A stretch of 64,000 nucleotides of DNA, from NCBI RefSeq assembly GCF_026210795.1, contig NC_089429.1, forward strand, positions 4,402,001-4,466,000, read 5' to 3'. Below the pieces are notes generated by a model that was given only the letters and a program-made list of their open reading frames with translations, ran no database searches and was not told where the DNA came from. Positions 26,973 through 39,684 of the stretch are shown piece after piece (within the stretch, counting starts at the first letter, position 1; every line of letters begins with the position of its first letter). Source of the DNA: Rhizophagus irregularis (Eukaryota). Both the position numbers and the translations under genes were made by a program.

Positions 26973-28367
26973 ATGGTAAGAGGATATTCATTAAATCAAG
27001 ATTTAAAATTGTTAGTGAATAATCCAAAGTATAGTGATATAGAAATTTTATGTAAGGATGAAAGGAAATTATATGCTTGTAGAGCAATTTTAGCAGCAAG
27101 GTCCGAAGTACTTGATGGACTGCTTTATAATGGGATGAAAGAGAGTTTCGAAAAACAAATTTCTCTTCCAACGATCAATTCTTGTGGAATGGAAATCATA
27201 TTAGAATATATTTATGTTGGATCAATTAAAGAAAATTCTTTGACTAAAGATAATATAGTCGAAACTTATTATGCTGCGGATTATTTTCAAATAACAAGTC
27301 TTCAAGAATTAATTATGAATAATTTCAGAAATTCACTAGAAAACAATTACACAAGAAATTATTTACCAGAGTTATTATCTAAAGTCGCGGAAATAATGCC
27401 ATTATCAGAAGATAATATTCTTCTTGATTTATTTGTCAAAGAAATAGCATCTGTTTCATTAAATGATATTGAATTTGGTCGATTATCTATTACAGCTCTT
27501 CAATATCTTTTATTTTATACATATGAAAAAGAAATACCTTTCGCAACACCAGAATATGAAGTATTTCGATATAGCGCTATTCTTGCAGCAAAACAAGTTT
27601 CTAATATTACATACAAAACTCTTATGGAACGGTTGCCAACTTTAGAGCAAATAGAGGACTCGATTCAATTAGAAAATAAATTTATCGCGAATCATCAAAA
27701 AGTTTCTAAAGAATTGGATCCATTGATCAAATATATCGATTTCAAGCGAATCAAAAGAAGTCAATTTGATTTCATTGAACCGTTAAAAATTATTCCAGCT
27801 GAAATAATTCAACAAAATTCAGAACCGATTAATACAGATTTAATAAATATTCGAGGAATACCGATTTATAGAATTAAAGAATCTGATCTTTTTTGGGATG
27901 AGTCGGCATGTGGATCAAATCTTAATATTAGTGATAATGGGAAAGTTGTAAGTGCATCGGATTATTGTAATTACCAACGAAGCGTTAGAGCCAATATATT
28001 ATTAGAAAATAAAGGTATTTATGAATGGGATGTTATCATTGAGAAAGCTTGTACATATGCCTGGGTTGGAGTGTGCGCATCAGAAAATTTTAGTTTTCAA
28101 ACGGCTGCAGGACTTCAACCCACTGGATGGGTATTAGGTTCCGGTGGTTATTGCGCTAATTCAACGTCAAAATATTGTCCTTCATTTGGAGATGGCACAA
28201 AAGTTACTGTTCATTTAGATATGAATAAAAGAACTTGTGCTTTTACAGTCAATGGTACAAAATATAAGGAGGTATTGGCATGGAATGATTTACCGTCAAA
28301 ACTTTATCCAGTGGTATCATTACGTCGTTCTGGCTGCTTTCGAATTCAACCTTATCAAAAAAATTAG
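26973..28367 (+). CDS. BTB-BACK-SPRY protein, copy 4 (464 aa)
   Basis: Start moved to ATG 26973 (MVRGYSL) by comparison with paralogs. Confidence 0.92.
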   Translation: MVRGYSLNQDLKLLVNNPKYSDIEILCKDERKLYACRAILAARSEVLDGLLYNGMKESFEKQISLPTINSCGMEIILEYIYVGSIKENSLTKDNIVETYYAADYFQITSLQELIMNNFRNSLENNYTRNYLPELLSKVAEIMPLSEDNILLDLFVKEIASVSLNDIEFGRLSITALQYLLFYTYEKEIPFATPEYEVFRYSAILAAKQVSNITYKTLMERLPTLEQIEDSIQLENKFIANHQKVSKELDPLIKYIDFKRIKRSQFDFIEPLKIIPAEIIQQNSEPINTDLINIRGIPIYRIKESDLFWDESACGSNLNISDNGKVVSASDYCNYQRSVRANILLENKGIYEWDVIIEKACTYAWVGVCASENFSFQTAAGLQPTGWVLGSGGYCANSTSKYCPSFGDGTKVTVHLDMNKRTCAFTVNGTKYKEVLAWNDLPSKLYPVVSLRRSGCFRIQPYQKN

Positions 28368-28420
28368 AATATTTTAGTAGCATAATGTAACTAGAATACT
28401 CTAAGATTTATCCTATTAGC

Positions 28421-28702
28421 CTATATATCCGGTTGGTTTTTATAGAGTATCCGTATATTGATTTTTTTACATAGGTTTATCCAGATTATACTTTCGGATA
28501 TCTTAGGTTTAATAAAAGGTTTGATGCGGGCTTGAAAATGACAGCTAAAAGATCGATGTCTGTTAATTATAAATTTATTTGAATTATTTATAATATAATT
28601 TTTATTCGGGTTATCCGTTACTAACTGACATAGGATACTCGGACAATATTTTTGGAACGGATAATTCCATAATAGCATTAAGGTTATCCGGTTCGAAGCT
28701 CT
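28421..28702. repeat. Probable DNA-transposon end fragment rich in TATCCG/CGGATA motifs
   Basis: Repeated tatccg/cggata motifs, ending GGTTATCCGGTTCGAAGCTCTA; no matching left terminus found. Confidence 0.35.
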
Positions 28703-29020
28703 ATAGGCAAGAAAAATAACTTAATATTTTATATTTTTCCTTACAAGGAATGGCCCAAATATGGTTGAAAAATTGGTTTCAACCTTTGTGTGATTATTAT
28801 ATTATATTAATTACTCAAGAAAAATGCTTCTAAGACTATTAATTTATTATAAAGAATTATTACCTATAAATTTTCTATAATTTTTATGTTCTTCTTTTCC
28901 CACCTTTCTTTCATATTTAAATTAATAAGCAAGAGTGTTAGACTATTAGTTTATATTTTAATATTAAATTAATTGAATAATTATTAATATGTTAATCAAT
29001 AAACTATTAACAATTTAAAT

Positions 29021-29465
29021 CTATTACAAAACATTTTGACCTGCAATTTTCTCCCAGATATAAATTCTACTATTGAAAATATGACAAAATATGGATTCCA
29101 TTTATAATTGTTTATCTACAAAATTATACTACTATGTTTCAAATTAATTTCTATTACAATTTTTTATACAATATTTTGACCCTGCAATTTTCTCCCTGAT
29201 TTAAATTCTACTATTGTAAATATGACAAAATATGAATTCTATTTATAATTATTTATCTATAAAGTTATACTGTTATGTTTCTAATTAATTTCTATTACAA
29301 TTTTTTATACAATATTTTGACCCTGCCTGATTTAAATTCTACTAATGAAAATATTATAAAATATGGTTTTCATTTACAATTGTTTTATCTATATAATTGT
29401 ACTATTAATTAATTTCTATTACAATTTTTATACAAACCATTGGAACCAGCTTTCTCCCAGGTTTG
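29021..29465. repeat. Minisatellite of about 3.3 copies of a 124-141 bp unit
   Basis: CTATTACAA...TTTTGACC(C)TGC...AAATTCTACTA recurs at 29021, 29151 and 29292, with a partial copy at 29416. Confidence 0.85.
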
Positions 29466-31364
29466 AATTCAGGTGTTATTGATTTATATATTTCTACTAC
29501 TGAAGTATTAATTTTTTTTTATATCGCAGCGCATTTGCAATTTTATTAGAATAAAAATAAAAACTACTCTAATATTATTAAATTACAAACCACTCGTCAT
29601 ACTAAAGTGTACCCCACGTGTGCACTGTCAAGTAATCAATTCGACTCAATAGGCAGACATCGTTTGAAACGTGTCATTCTTTGCTCGAAAGCCCTATTTT
29701 CTGCATCAGGTGATTACGGAACGTATTAATTATTAATGAAAAAAAAAACAGTTTAAATTAAAATTCATAATGACCACAATAAATGCATCGTAAATTATCT
29801 AAAATTTGATCTTGAAATCTTTGGCAACCACGTTACAATACCCATATGGAAATTCTGAAATATTAACATTTATTCATGAAATCCAATAGATTATAAAATT
29901 TTTATGGCACCTAATGGTGTTCCATGTTGATAGAGCTTCCATTATGCAAAATTAAAAGTAAACTATTGTTGTGAAATAAAAAGTTATCCACAACACTATA
30001 ATCATTATTTTGCATAAAAAATTTCCTTGAAAAAACGAAGCATTATCACTAAATGACAATAATAAAACAATAAATGGAATAATGGAAATTGTACATTTTT
30101 TCCAATTTTACAATTTCACCAATAAGAGCGAGTATTCCTTTATTAGTAATTTTCCACATCATATTGCTTTTTGCATCAAAAGTATTTGATTGCCTTCTTA
30201 ATGATCCTAATAATAACAGCACTGAACTTTTTTTAAAAGTCATGATGTTCAAAATAAAAATTAGATAAAAAGTCAAAATATAAAGTAATTAAAAAAAAAA
30301 TTTAGTATCTAAATGACACAACTTACTCATTGATTTTTCACTTTTATTACTTGTACTTTAGGCCATATTCTGAATAAAACAGGATATTAAAGAACTTTTA
30401 GATTTTATAATCATTGAGAATCAAATAATTTTAAAAATCATTGATAGTTACCTTTTCTTCCATAATAAGTATAAGCACAAGTATTAGAAATTTCAGAAAT
30501 ATTTTATTTCCGGAGCCTTTTGCCTTTTGGTATCTCAGCCTGAATCTCCAACCTTTTCCTATTCCAAACCAATTGTTCTTTTAGGATTTTTACAGTATCT
30601 CTTCGTCTTTATCTTTAAGTTGACAACGTGTGTTCGTCATCACAAAATTACAAACGTTTTCCTATCGTCAATATTTTTATTTCCCTGCCAAAAGCAAAGA
30701 AACTGTGACGATGATAACTATAATAAGTTACAGTTTTCTTTTTAAAAATACTGGTCACTACAAGCTTTTTTGAATTTATGAATTAAAAGTCATCAAAAAA
30801 AACTTTAATTTCTTTAGATTTAACCGGTAATGATATAATTAATAATTTGGGTTTGAAAAATTATGAATAATTAAAATAATTTTTCTATCTTATAAAGATT
30901 TTTGTAATAATATGATTCTAGGATAAATATACATCTTTAAACATAAATTTTATTAAACTCTTTGTAACTGGTAAAATATATTTTTTATAAGAAACATAAC
31001 CCTTAAAATTAGCATATTTTATAACTAATTATGTTTCACACAAACTTTACATTTCTGAAACGTGTTAGCGTGTGAGTTAAACCACACCACTTACACAATT
31101 AATTGGCTTTGCTGGGCTTTGGTCAAATTTGCCAATCACAATATATTATGGCATAATATTTGAGGCTCTTAAATATAAACATAGAACAAGTTAATCGAGC
31201 AAAGCCTTGTACTGCTGTTACATTAAACATATGACAGTTTGTCAGAAAATGCGAAAACGCACCGAAATTCGGGATAATCGGATAATTTACCTATGAATCC
31301 TTGCTATAAAGAGCGTAATTAATACTATTGTTTTTGTTTTAAAATTAATTTAGCTAATTTTAGC

Positions 31365-31757
31365 TTATCGCCGTTTTCGAAATATGTGTAGATCCAAAAT
31401 TACTCCACTAAAAAAACGGATTTTTAAAATTTTGCGAAACTTAGCGATTTTTCTGAATAATTATATAGAAAAAGGACAATTATTAAAGAAATTGAAGCGA
31501 AACTCAAAAAACTTTAAATACTTACATGAGTTTCCTTATAAGCAAAGATTTAATGTTTACGTAAAAACAATAATTTTTTACAAGGAAACTCACTTAAATA
31601 TCTCGAATTTTTTGAGTTTCGCTTTAATTTCCTCAATAACTACCTTTTTTCCATGTAAATATTCAAAAAAATCGCCAAGTTTCGCAAAATTTTGAAAATT
31701 GGTTTTTTTAATGGGTGGCTTGGATTACATTACACATATTTCTGAAAACGGCGATAA
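31365..31757. mobile_element. Foldback MITE with TTATCGCCGTTTTC termini and imperfect inverted arms of about 150 bp
   Basis: TTATCGCCGTTTTCGAAATATGTGTA / TACACATATTTCTGAAAACGGCGATAA, plus inner pairs AAAATTTTGCGAAACTT/AAGTTTCGCAAAATTTT and AGCGAAACTCAAAAA/TTTTTGAGTTTCGCT. Confidence 0.8.
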
Positions 31758-32895
31758 ATAAGTTTCAGCTCAGCCTGATTTAGTACACAAGTATATACAA
31801 AGTATACAAAGCAAGGTTTATTTAATATCAAAGCAACAACATCAAATGAAACAATTTCCAAGTTTTAATATTTCTTTATAGCCATTGCTAGTGTAACTAA
31901 ACAGGGAGGCTGTACTTATATGTTTTTGTAATTAGAAATGAGTATCATTAAAAATAAGCCATTAACCAGGAAATGACATCACTATAAAGTCCGGAGTATT
32001 GTTTATGATGCATTTATATGATCAAAATGTCCCTCAAATTGTTAAAAATTGTTAAATCCGAAGGACCATATTTCTATGCAAAATGATATAATAACTATGT
32101 TTTTGATAAAGAATTTTTTAATGACGAGAGGATATGTGATATAGAAGTATAAGGGAATATTCTAAATTTATTGATCGAAATAGCTACAAATATTCATTAA
32201 GTACCGTTGAATTTTGAAAAAAGAACCCAGAAGTAACAATTCAATTTAAATATGATTGGTGGGATTCTGGCTGGGACAGCCAGAATTATAGAAATTTTTT
32301 TTTTTGTTTTTTTTTCGATTTTTCGAATTTTCAGAAACTTATTCGGAGCGTTATTAGATACGAATAATAAACTTGAGCTTTGCAATCTGTCCGTATGAAT
32401 AATTTACCAACGTATCTTAATCTGTAGTATCATTCTATTGTAAAAAAAAGCGCATTTATTTTACATAACAAATTCAATAATTATTCTTCAGAATCCACCG
32501 GTTTAAATATATTTCTTACCGATCGATTTTTTTGGGTAGCGTTAGTGATAGTGTCGGCCGAAATTTTGTCGCATTTTTGACTATCAGACTCTGAATATGC
32601 CGATCTCCACTGTAACACATCATTGTTAAATTTCTTTGTTCGATTTATTATTTATATTATACGAAAGATGTATTCGGAAATTATGAACTAAATATTTATA
32701 CTTTACTTATATGTAATTTTCCGGAAGTAATTTGAGTAACGGAAAAAAAATAGTGTTATATGATTCGTACTTTAATCAATTTGTGCAATGGTCACAAAAT
32801 TAATAGTTAAAGTTACACGACGTAAACTAAACAATAAAATTCCCAATTTTTTACTTCTTTGTCTTTTTGAAAACAAGAAAAACATTTTCTCTAAA

Positions 32896-34284
32896 ATGAT
32901 GAAAGGATATTCGTTAGAGTATGATTTAGGATTATTAATAAACAATCCAAAGTATAGTGATATAGAAATTTTATGTGAAGATGAAAAGAAACTATATGGT
33001 TGTAGAGCAATCTTGGCTGCGAGATCCGAAGTATTTGATAGATTATTTTATAACGGAATGAAAGAAAGTTACGATAATCAAATTTCTTTTCCAGAAATTA
33101 ATTCTTCTGGAATGAAGATTATTTTAGATTATATTTATACAGGATCAATAAAAGAAGAATCTTTAAATAAAGACAATATAATCGAAGCATATTATGCTGC
33201 AGACTTTTTTCAATTATTAGACCTTCAAGATTTTATAATGAAATTTATTGAAAACACTAATTATACGGAAAATTATTCACCAGAATTATTATCTAGAGCT
33301 GCGGAGAAAATACCATTTTCAGATGACAATATTCTTCTAAATTTATTGATTGAAACAGTAGCAAATACTCCATTAAATACAATAGAATTAGGTCGATTAT
33401 CTATTACGGCACTTCAATATCTTCTATCTTGTACATATGAAAAAGAAAAACCCTTCGCAACCCCAGAATATGAAGTTTTTCGATATAGCGCTAACCTTGC
33501 AGCAAAACAAGTTTCTAATATTACATATAAAAGTCTTGTGAAAAGGCTGCCAACCTTGGAAGAATTAGAGAATTCGAAACAAATAGAAATTAAACGTATT
33601 TACAATAACAAAAAGATTGCTAAAGAATTGGAACCTTTAATTAAATTTATTGATTTCAGGCGAATTAAAGGACAAATATTGGCAGATATCATTGACCCGT
33701 TAGATATTATTTCAACTAAAGTAATTTTAGATGTTTATCGACAAAAGGCAAGATTAAATAATACAGATTCAAATGAATTTCGAGGAACACTTAACAATTA
33801 TGTTTGGGATAAGTCAGCATGTGGGTCAAAACTTATAGTTGAGGATAACGGAAAAGTTGTATATGCACAAAACGGATGGTATAACCTTCAAAATGTTAGA
33901 TCTAAAATGACATTTGAAAATAAAGGTATTTTCGAATGGGATGTTATTATTGAGAAAATATGTGAGAATATTTGGGTTGGAATTTGTGCATCAGAAAATT
34001 TTAATTATGAAAACTTTGCAGGATTTCAACCTACTGGATGGGTATTAGGTTCAAATGGTAACTGTCTTAATTCCAACAATTGGTCAAATTATTGTCCTTC
34101 ATTTGGAGATGGTACGAAAATTACCGTTCATTTAGATATGAATAAAAGAACTTGCGCTTTTTCAGTCAATGGTAAAAGGTATTCAGAAATATCAGAATGG
34201 AATAATTTACCATCAAAACTTCATCCAGTTGTATCATTACGGTATCCTGGACGTTTTCGAATTAAGCCTCATCAAAAAGTTTGA
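32896..34284 (+). CDS. BTB-BACK-SPRY protein, copy 5 (462 aa)
   Basis: Start moved to ATG 32896 (MMKGYSL) by paralog comparison. Confidence 0.92.
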   Translation: MMKGYSLEYDLGLLINNPKYSDIEILCEDEKKLYGCRAILAARSEVFDRLFYNGMKESYDNQISFPEINSSGMKIILDYIYTGSIKEESLNKDNIIEAYYAADFFQLLDLQDFIMKFIENTNYTENYSPELLSRAAEKIPFSDDNILLNLLIETVANTPLNTIELGRLSITALQYLLSCTYEKEKPFATPEYEVFRYSANLAAKQVSNITYKSLVKRLPTLEELENSKQIEIKRIYNNKKIAKELEPLIKFIDFRRIKGQILADIIDPLDIISTKVILDVYRQKARLNNTDSNEFRGTLNNYVWDKSACGSKLIVEDNGKVVYAQNGWYNLQNVRSKMTFENKGIFEWDVIIEKICENIWVGICASENFNYENFAGFQPTGWVLGSNGNCLNSNNWSNYCPSFGDGTKITVHLDMNKRTCAFSVNGKRYSEISEWNNLPSKLHPVVSLRYPGRFRIKPHQKV

Positions 34285-35319
34285 TTAAATATTTACTATT
34301 TATAAATGGGATATTTTCTGTGGTGGTATTTATTTTCATTATAATTTATTACATTAAAATATTATTTGGTATAAAATATATCAATGTATTATAGATTGGA
34401 AATTTTATAATCTCAATTTTTAAATTATCTAGAAATTGTTAATGTTAAAAAAATAAAATTTATTATTATTTATTATTCTATTAATTTTTATTACAATTTT
34501 TTTGTTGCAATAAAACAATAGCCATAAATAAATATAAAATAATATAAAGTTTTTGGAGTTGATCTTCCGTTACTGTAACTAGTTAAACTTATTAAAAAAA
34601 AAGCTATAAATCAATCACACGATAAAGTCTATAAAATGTTCGCCGGTTACAATGATGATTTAAATTAAATAAAAAGAATTAGATTACTCAATTTTTTATT
34701 TAAAAAAAAACATATACATATTATTATCTTGCTAATAAGTTAAACTAAACAATCTCTAATGCAAAAATAATATTTTTAATCGTATTTTGTTTTATCTTTT
34801 GAAGTGTATTTACACTTTTTTCAATATTTAAATATTTGATTTGTTACAGAGCTACGAAATTATAAAAATGGAGAAAGCTTCATTCTTGATTCGATCGACT
34901 ATGTGAAAATAGATGCTTGATAATTGGCGGTGTCAAATAGAACAAGATCTAAATTTTTGGAAGTGCAAGTTCAATGAAAAACTGAATCATAATCAGTTAT
35001 CACGTATAAACACGTGACGCGTGCTTGCGCAGCAGTTATTATCATGCTTCAAGAAAGACTGATTAAGTAAGTGATGCTATTTAAATTTATAATAATTCAC
35101 AGTTGATTAGTATTTCAATTTTATTTTTTAATGAAATAAATAAATCTAGCAAAAATTAAAATTTTGCAAGTTCGGTCACTAAGTGATACGAGATTTGGGT
35201 TTCGGAGGAATCGGAAGATTCGGAACGTTTGGCCAATCACAAACAGTTTCGCCCGCAAAGAAACTTATATTTCAAATTTGGTTTAGATAAAAATTAACTT
35301 ATGTTTATCTGTTATTTTT

Positions 35320-35715
35320 CTGTCAAAAAGGAAAAGGAAATTTATATATATTAACAATGAATCAGATATGCTGAAAGCCGTATATGATTCCGCGAAGCAG
35401 GATGAATTAGGATCAGGGTTACAATTAAAGGACAAGATGAATTAATAGGTAAAGATGGTTTTTTTTAGGAAACCGGGAACTCGAACGGCGCAGAACAACA
35501 TCGCTAATTCTCTTTCGGAGGATGGCCAATTTTTTGAAGCGACGGACAGTCTAACGCCTAGTAGTGAATATGTTTAGAGAATTTAGTGATAGGATTAAAG
35601 ATATTAGTGGTAATACTGAAAGTTCAAAAGATAAAGGTAAAGTAGTTGAAATTGAGATTTGAGAAGGAAGAACTGAACATGAATAATAAGCGTATCGTCA
35701 AAGACCAGGGTAGTA
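35320..35715 (+). pseudogene. Decayed coding fragment, possibly retroelement ORF1/gag-like
   Basis: Frameshifted, purine-rich peptide pieces NNESDMLKAVY..., SLSEDGQFFEATDS and SSKDKGKVVEI. The family assignment is only an impression. Confidence 0.3.
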
Positions 35716-36702
35716 GATTAATCGTTCAATAGAGTTATCAAGTTATACTTTAATTAATTTAGCCAATAGCGTTAGTTTTTTAAAAATCTTTTTGTATTAG
35801 ATTAGATTGTAGATAGATACTTACTGAGATTTACGTCTACATTATGAATAATTACGTTTTAGTGATTTTCATAGTGTCTAATAAAGTTTAAAAAAAGAAG
35901 GAAATTTACTACAAAAAGAAGAATACACGAGTTCCATTTGATAGTAATGATGTAATGATTATGAAAAATAACGCAAAGATAAAGTACTCCTTGTTTCACA
36001 GTTAACACAAAAAGTGATTTCATCGATTATCATGAAAAAACAGATCTAATGAATTCACGTAAAGATTTTAAAGTAATAAGTCATTTCGTTCACGGTAATA
36101 AAAAAATAAAAATATAGTAAAATTATTTTAATAATAATAACGCGCAACTCTTATTCTTGTTGTATACCAGATTTTTATATTTGTTTTCCGTCACGCGTAA
36201 AATTTACACGGCTTAATATCTTAACAAATGAATAAGTTAATGAAATATAGATACTGCCGCCGGATTCAATTGAGAAACATGATAATGTAGTATGTAGATC
36301 TAGTAGTGAAGCGAGTCTGTCCGTGTACTCATATGATGAGTCGGTACAGCGGTACATGATTGATTCGCATCAATCATTGTTCCGTCAAAACCAACCTAGT
36401 TATAAAAAAGTCCTGATTTATAGTAGTACACATACTAATTTTTATTTATTTTTATTTTATTTTATTTTTTTTATTTTTACAAGATGAACTAGTAATCTAA
36501 TAATAAGGAGCTAATTTTTTTTTTCATTTTTTTCATCTAAATCAATTATACTTTATTTAGAAAAATTCCTCGTTTTAAATTCAAAAAAATTTTTAGGGGC
36601 ATGTTGTACAAATCTAAATCGATACAAGATTTCATTTATATATCTTGAATTAGTTTTTTTATAAAATAATTTTTTTTTTCCGCCAAAAAAAAAATTCTCA
36701 AA

Positions 36703-38112
36703 ATGAAGAGAGGACGTTCATTAAAAAAAGATTTAAGATTTTTATTAAATAACCAAAAGTATAGTGATGTAGAAATTTTATGTAGTGATGAAGAGAAATT
36801 TTATTGTTCTAGAAATATTTTATCAGCAAGATCAGAAATATTTGACGGTCTACTTTATAATGAAGAAAGTTATGAAAACCAGATTTCTTTTCCAACCATT
36901 GATTCTTCGGTAATGAAAATTGTTCTAGAATATATTTATACAGGATCAATTGAAGAAGAATCTTTAAATAAAGATAACGTATTTGAAGTTTTTAACGTCG
37001 CTGATTACTTTCAATTACCGGTACTTCAGGATTTTATTATGGAAATTTTCAAAAATAATCTAGTAGAAAAGAATTACGTGAATTTCTCACCAGAATTTTT
37101 ATCCAGAGCTGTGGATATAATGCCGTTATCAAAAGATAACATTCTTCTAACTTTATTGGTTAAAACAGTAGCGACTATTCCGTTAAACGAGATTGAATTC
37201 GGTCGATTATCTGTTAAAGCTCTTCGATACCTTTTATCTTATGCGCATGAAAAAGAAATGACTTTTGTAACTACCGAATATGAAATTTTTCGTTATAGCG
37301 CTATCCTTGCAGCAAAACAAGTTTCCAATGATACATATAATACTTTTATGGAAAGGTTACCAACCTTGGAACAAATAGAAAAAGTGGAGAATTCAGTCCA
37401 AGTAAATACTACCGATCGTCAAGAAGTTGCTAAAGAAATAGAATCTTTTATTAAATTTATTGACTTCAGTAAGATTAAAGGACAAATTTTAGCTAATATC
37501 GTTGAACCATTAGAAATTGTTCCAGATAAAATAATTCTAGATGCTTATAGAAAAAAGGCTGTATCAAATTTTATAGAATTAGATGAATTTCGAAGTATGA
37601 CAGAATTTAGTGAACCTAATTATGTTTGGGATGAATCAGCATGTGGATCAAAACTTTTTATTATGGAAAATGGGAATATTATACAATCAACATTTGGCCA
37701 AACCAGTCTTCAGAGTGTTAGAGCCGAGATATTATTAGAGTATAATAAAGGAATCTTTGAATGGGATGTCATTATTGAACAATCTTGTAGAAGCAGTTAT
37801 GTTGGAGTATGCGCGTCAGAAAATTTTGATTATCAAGCCTGGGCAGGAAATCAATCTACTGGATGGGTGTTATGTTCCAATGGTAGTTGTTATAATTCTG
37901 GAGTTTGGATGAGAAACTATTGCCCAACGTTTGCCGACTGTAACAACATAAAAATTACCGTTCATTTAGATATGAATAGAACAACTATCGCTTTTACAGT
38001 TTCTGGTATAAAGTATCCCGAAGTGTGGTATAATTTACCAGCAAAACTTTATCCAGTAGTGTCATTAAGGTATCCTGGTCGCTTTCGAATTAAGTCTCAT
38101 AGAAAAAATTGA
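36703..38112 (+). CDS. BTB-BACK-SPRY protein, copy 6 (469 aa), among the most divergent
   Basis: Full-length ORF; YNGMKES is reduced to YNEES. Confidence 0.92.
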   Translation: MKRGRSLKKDLRFLLNNQKYSDVEILCSDEEKFYCSRNILSARSEIFDGLLYNEESYENQISFPTIDSSVMKIVLEYIYTGSIEEESLNKDNVFEVFNVADYFQLPVLQDFIMEIFKNNLVEKNYVNFSPEFLSRAVDIMPLSKDNILLTLLVKTVATIPLNEIEFGRLSVKALRYLLSYAHEKEMTFVTTEYEIFRYSAILAAKQVSNDTYNTFMERLPTLEQIEKVENSVQVNTTDRQEVAKEIESFIKFIDFSKIKGQILANIVEPLEIVPDKIILDAYRKKAVSNFIELDEFRSMTEFSEPNYVWDESACGSKLFIMENGNIIQSTFGQTSLQSVRAEILLEYNKGIFEWDVIIEQSCRSSYVGVCASENFDYQAWAGNQSTGWVLCSNGSCYNSGVWMRNYCPTFADCNNIKITVHLDMNRTTIAFTVSGIKYPEVWYNLPAKLYPVVSLRYPGRFRIKSHRKN

Positions 38113-38399
38113 GTGAATTTATAAGCCGTATTTTACTTTTTTGTAAACAAAGAATTTAATTGATAATAAAAAAACATTTAAGTAACGTTAAAGTTTTTTA
38201 AAAAATAATGGCGCTTGAGCTTATTGATTACTAGTTGCTAAAATTTTTATAGAATTTACCATCATGAATATATACTTAATAAATATTGAAAATTTAGTAT
38301 TTGAGTACTCGTAACGCGTTAAAGTCTGTAAATATGATTTCACTCTAAGTTCTGCATGATAAGTTAGCGTTATGTCTTTATGCGGATGCTATATAACGT

Positions 38400-39121
38400 T
38401 GTAGCGGTAGCGGCTATTCCATTAAAATACCATGAATATTTATTTTAGTCGATTGTCTTTTTCAGGTATTTGGATTATGAAGTTCCATGTAGTGCTATTG
38501 TTATTGAACCATTAGAAATTATTCAGCTAAAATGTTTATCGACACATCCAATAATTAAGATTTAAGTGATACTACTCGAGAAGTATTTAATTTATTTAAT
38601 TATTTTATTAAAAGTAAGAAATATTAGATAGAGATAATATTAACACACGGTAGAACAAACTACACTTAGCTACGCCCGCTGCTACGGTACGGTATAAGTG
38701 ATCTATTCAGTTAAAATCGAACACTCATATTAACAATACGAGTCCACCTTTCGTTAAAAAAAGAAAACTACCTATAGAGAAACGTGGTCGCTACGATAGT
38801 AAGAAAGAGCAACAAAAGATGTATAATAAAAGAGGGATCAAAGAAAAATCGATGAGGCCTCTAAATATACATATAATGTACAATGTCGTACGTAAATACT
38901 GTCGAGTACGAAATGGTTCCACTATTAAAAAACTATGATTTTGTCAATTGCATCAAAAGATTCTATGGACAGAAATGCATTGAATTATTGTTCCTCGTTT
39001 GGAGAAGGTACGGAAATTACCGTTTATTTAGTTATGAATAAAGAACTTTTGATTTTACGGTCAAATAGTATTGTTATGTTATCGCGGCAGCATTCGAATT
39101 CAATCTCATCAAAAATATTAG
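38400..39121 (+). pseudogene. Heavily deleted BTB-SPRY remnant interrupted by about 350 bp of unrelated DNA
   Basis: Colinear fragments gcggtagcggctattccattaaa (AVAAIPL), attgaaccattagaaattatt (IEPLEII), then NYCSSFGEGTEITVYLVMNK and cgaattcaatctcatcaaaaatattag (RIQSHQKY*). Confidence 0.75.
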
Positions 39122-39684
39122 TATGTTTATGAGTTATTAAGCAAAGAAATTAACATTAGATTTTCGTATTTTGTTATAATATTAAGTAATATAGTATTGG
39201 CCTTCATTTCCACCAATCTTTGGTGAAAAAAAAGGAATGTCAATAAATGTAGTAATAAATCAAAAATCTAACTTTAACTATTAATATGTGTGATAAAAAA
39301 AATTACATTTTTTAGTTTTTCATTTGAGTCAATGTCTTATAATTCAGGCCAAACTTGTGATGCCGGCCAATTTCTTATATCACGTGATATATTTAGCATT
39401 GAACAATTCTGCCCAGAATTATGAGATCACATGATGTAATTTTTAAATGGACGGATTACACGTGACTTATAACTAATGGTGGCACAGCTGAAATAGATTT
39501 TCCTTTCACATGGACGTAGTACTGCAGTGTTATATAGTACAAATATAAATTTATGGTTCATAATAAATATTCCAAATTAGAATCATCGTCCTGTTTTCCA
39601 AATAGGTATTATTAATAAAGAAATGTGTTGCTAATTTTTTTTTAAAAAAATAAAGAATTTCTGTTTCAAATAAAAACCAAAGGA

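Noticed and set aside
31384..31695. 103-aa ORF
   Set aside because: Lies wholly within the foldback MITE and has no transposase motifs.
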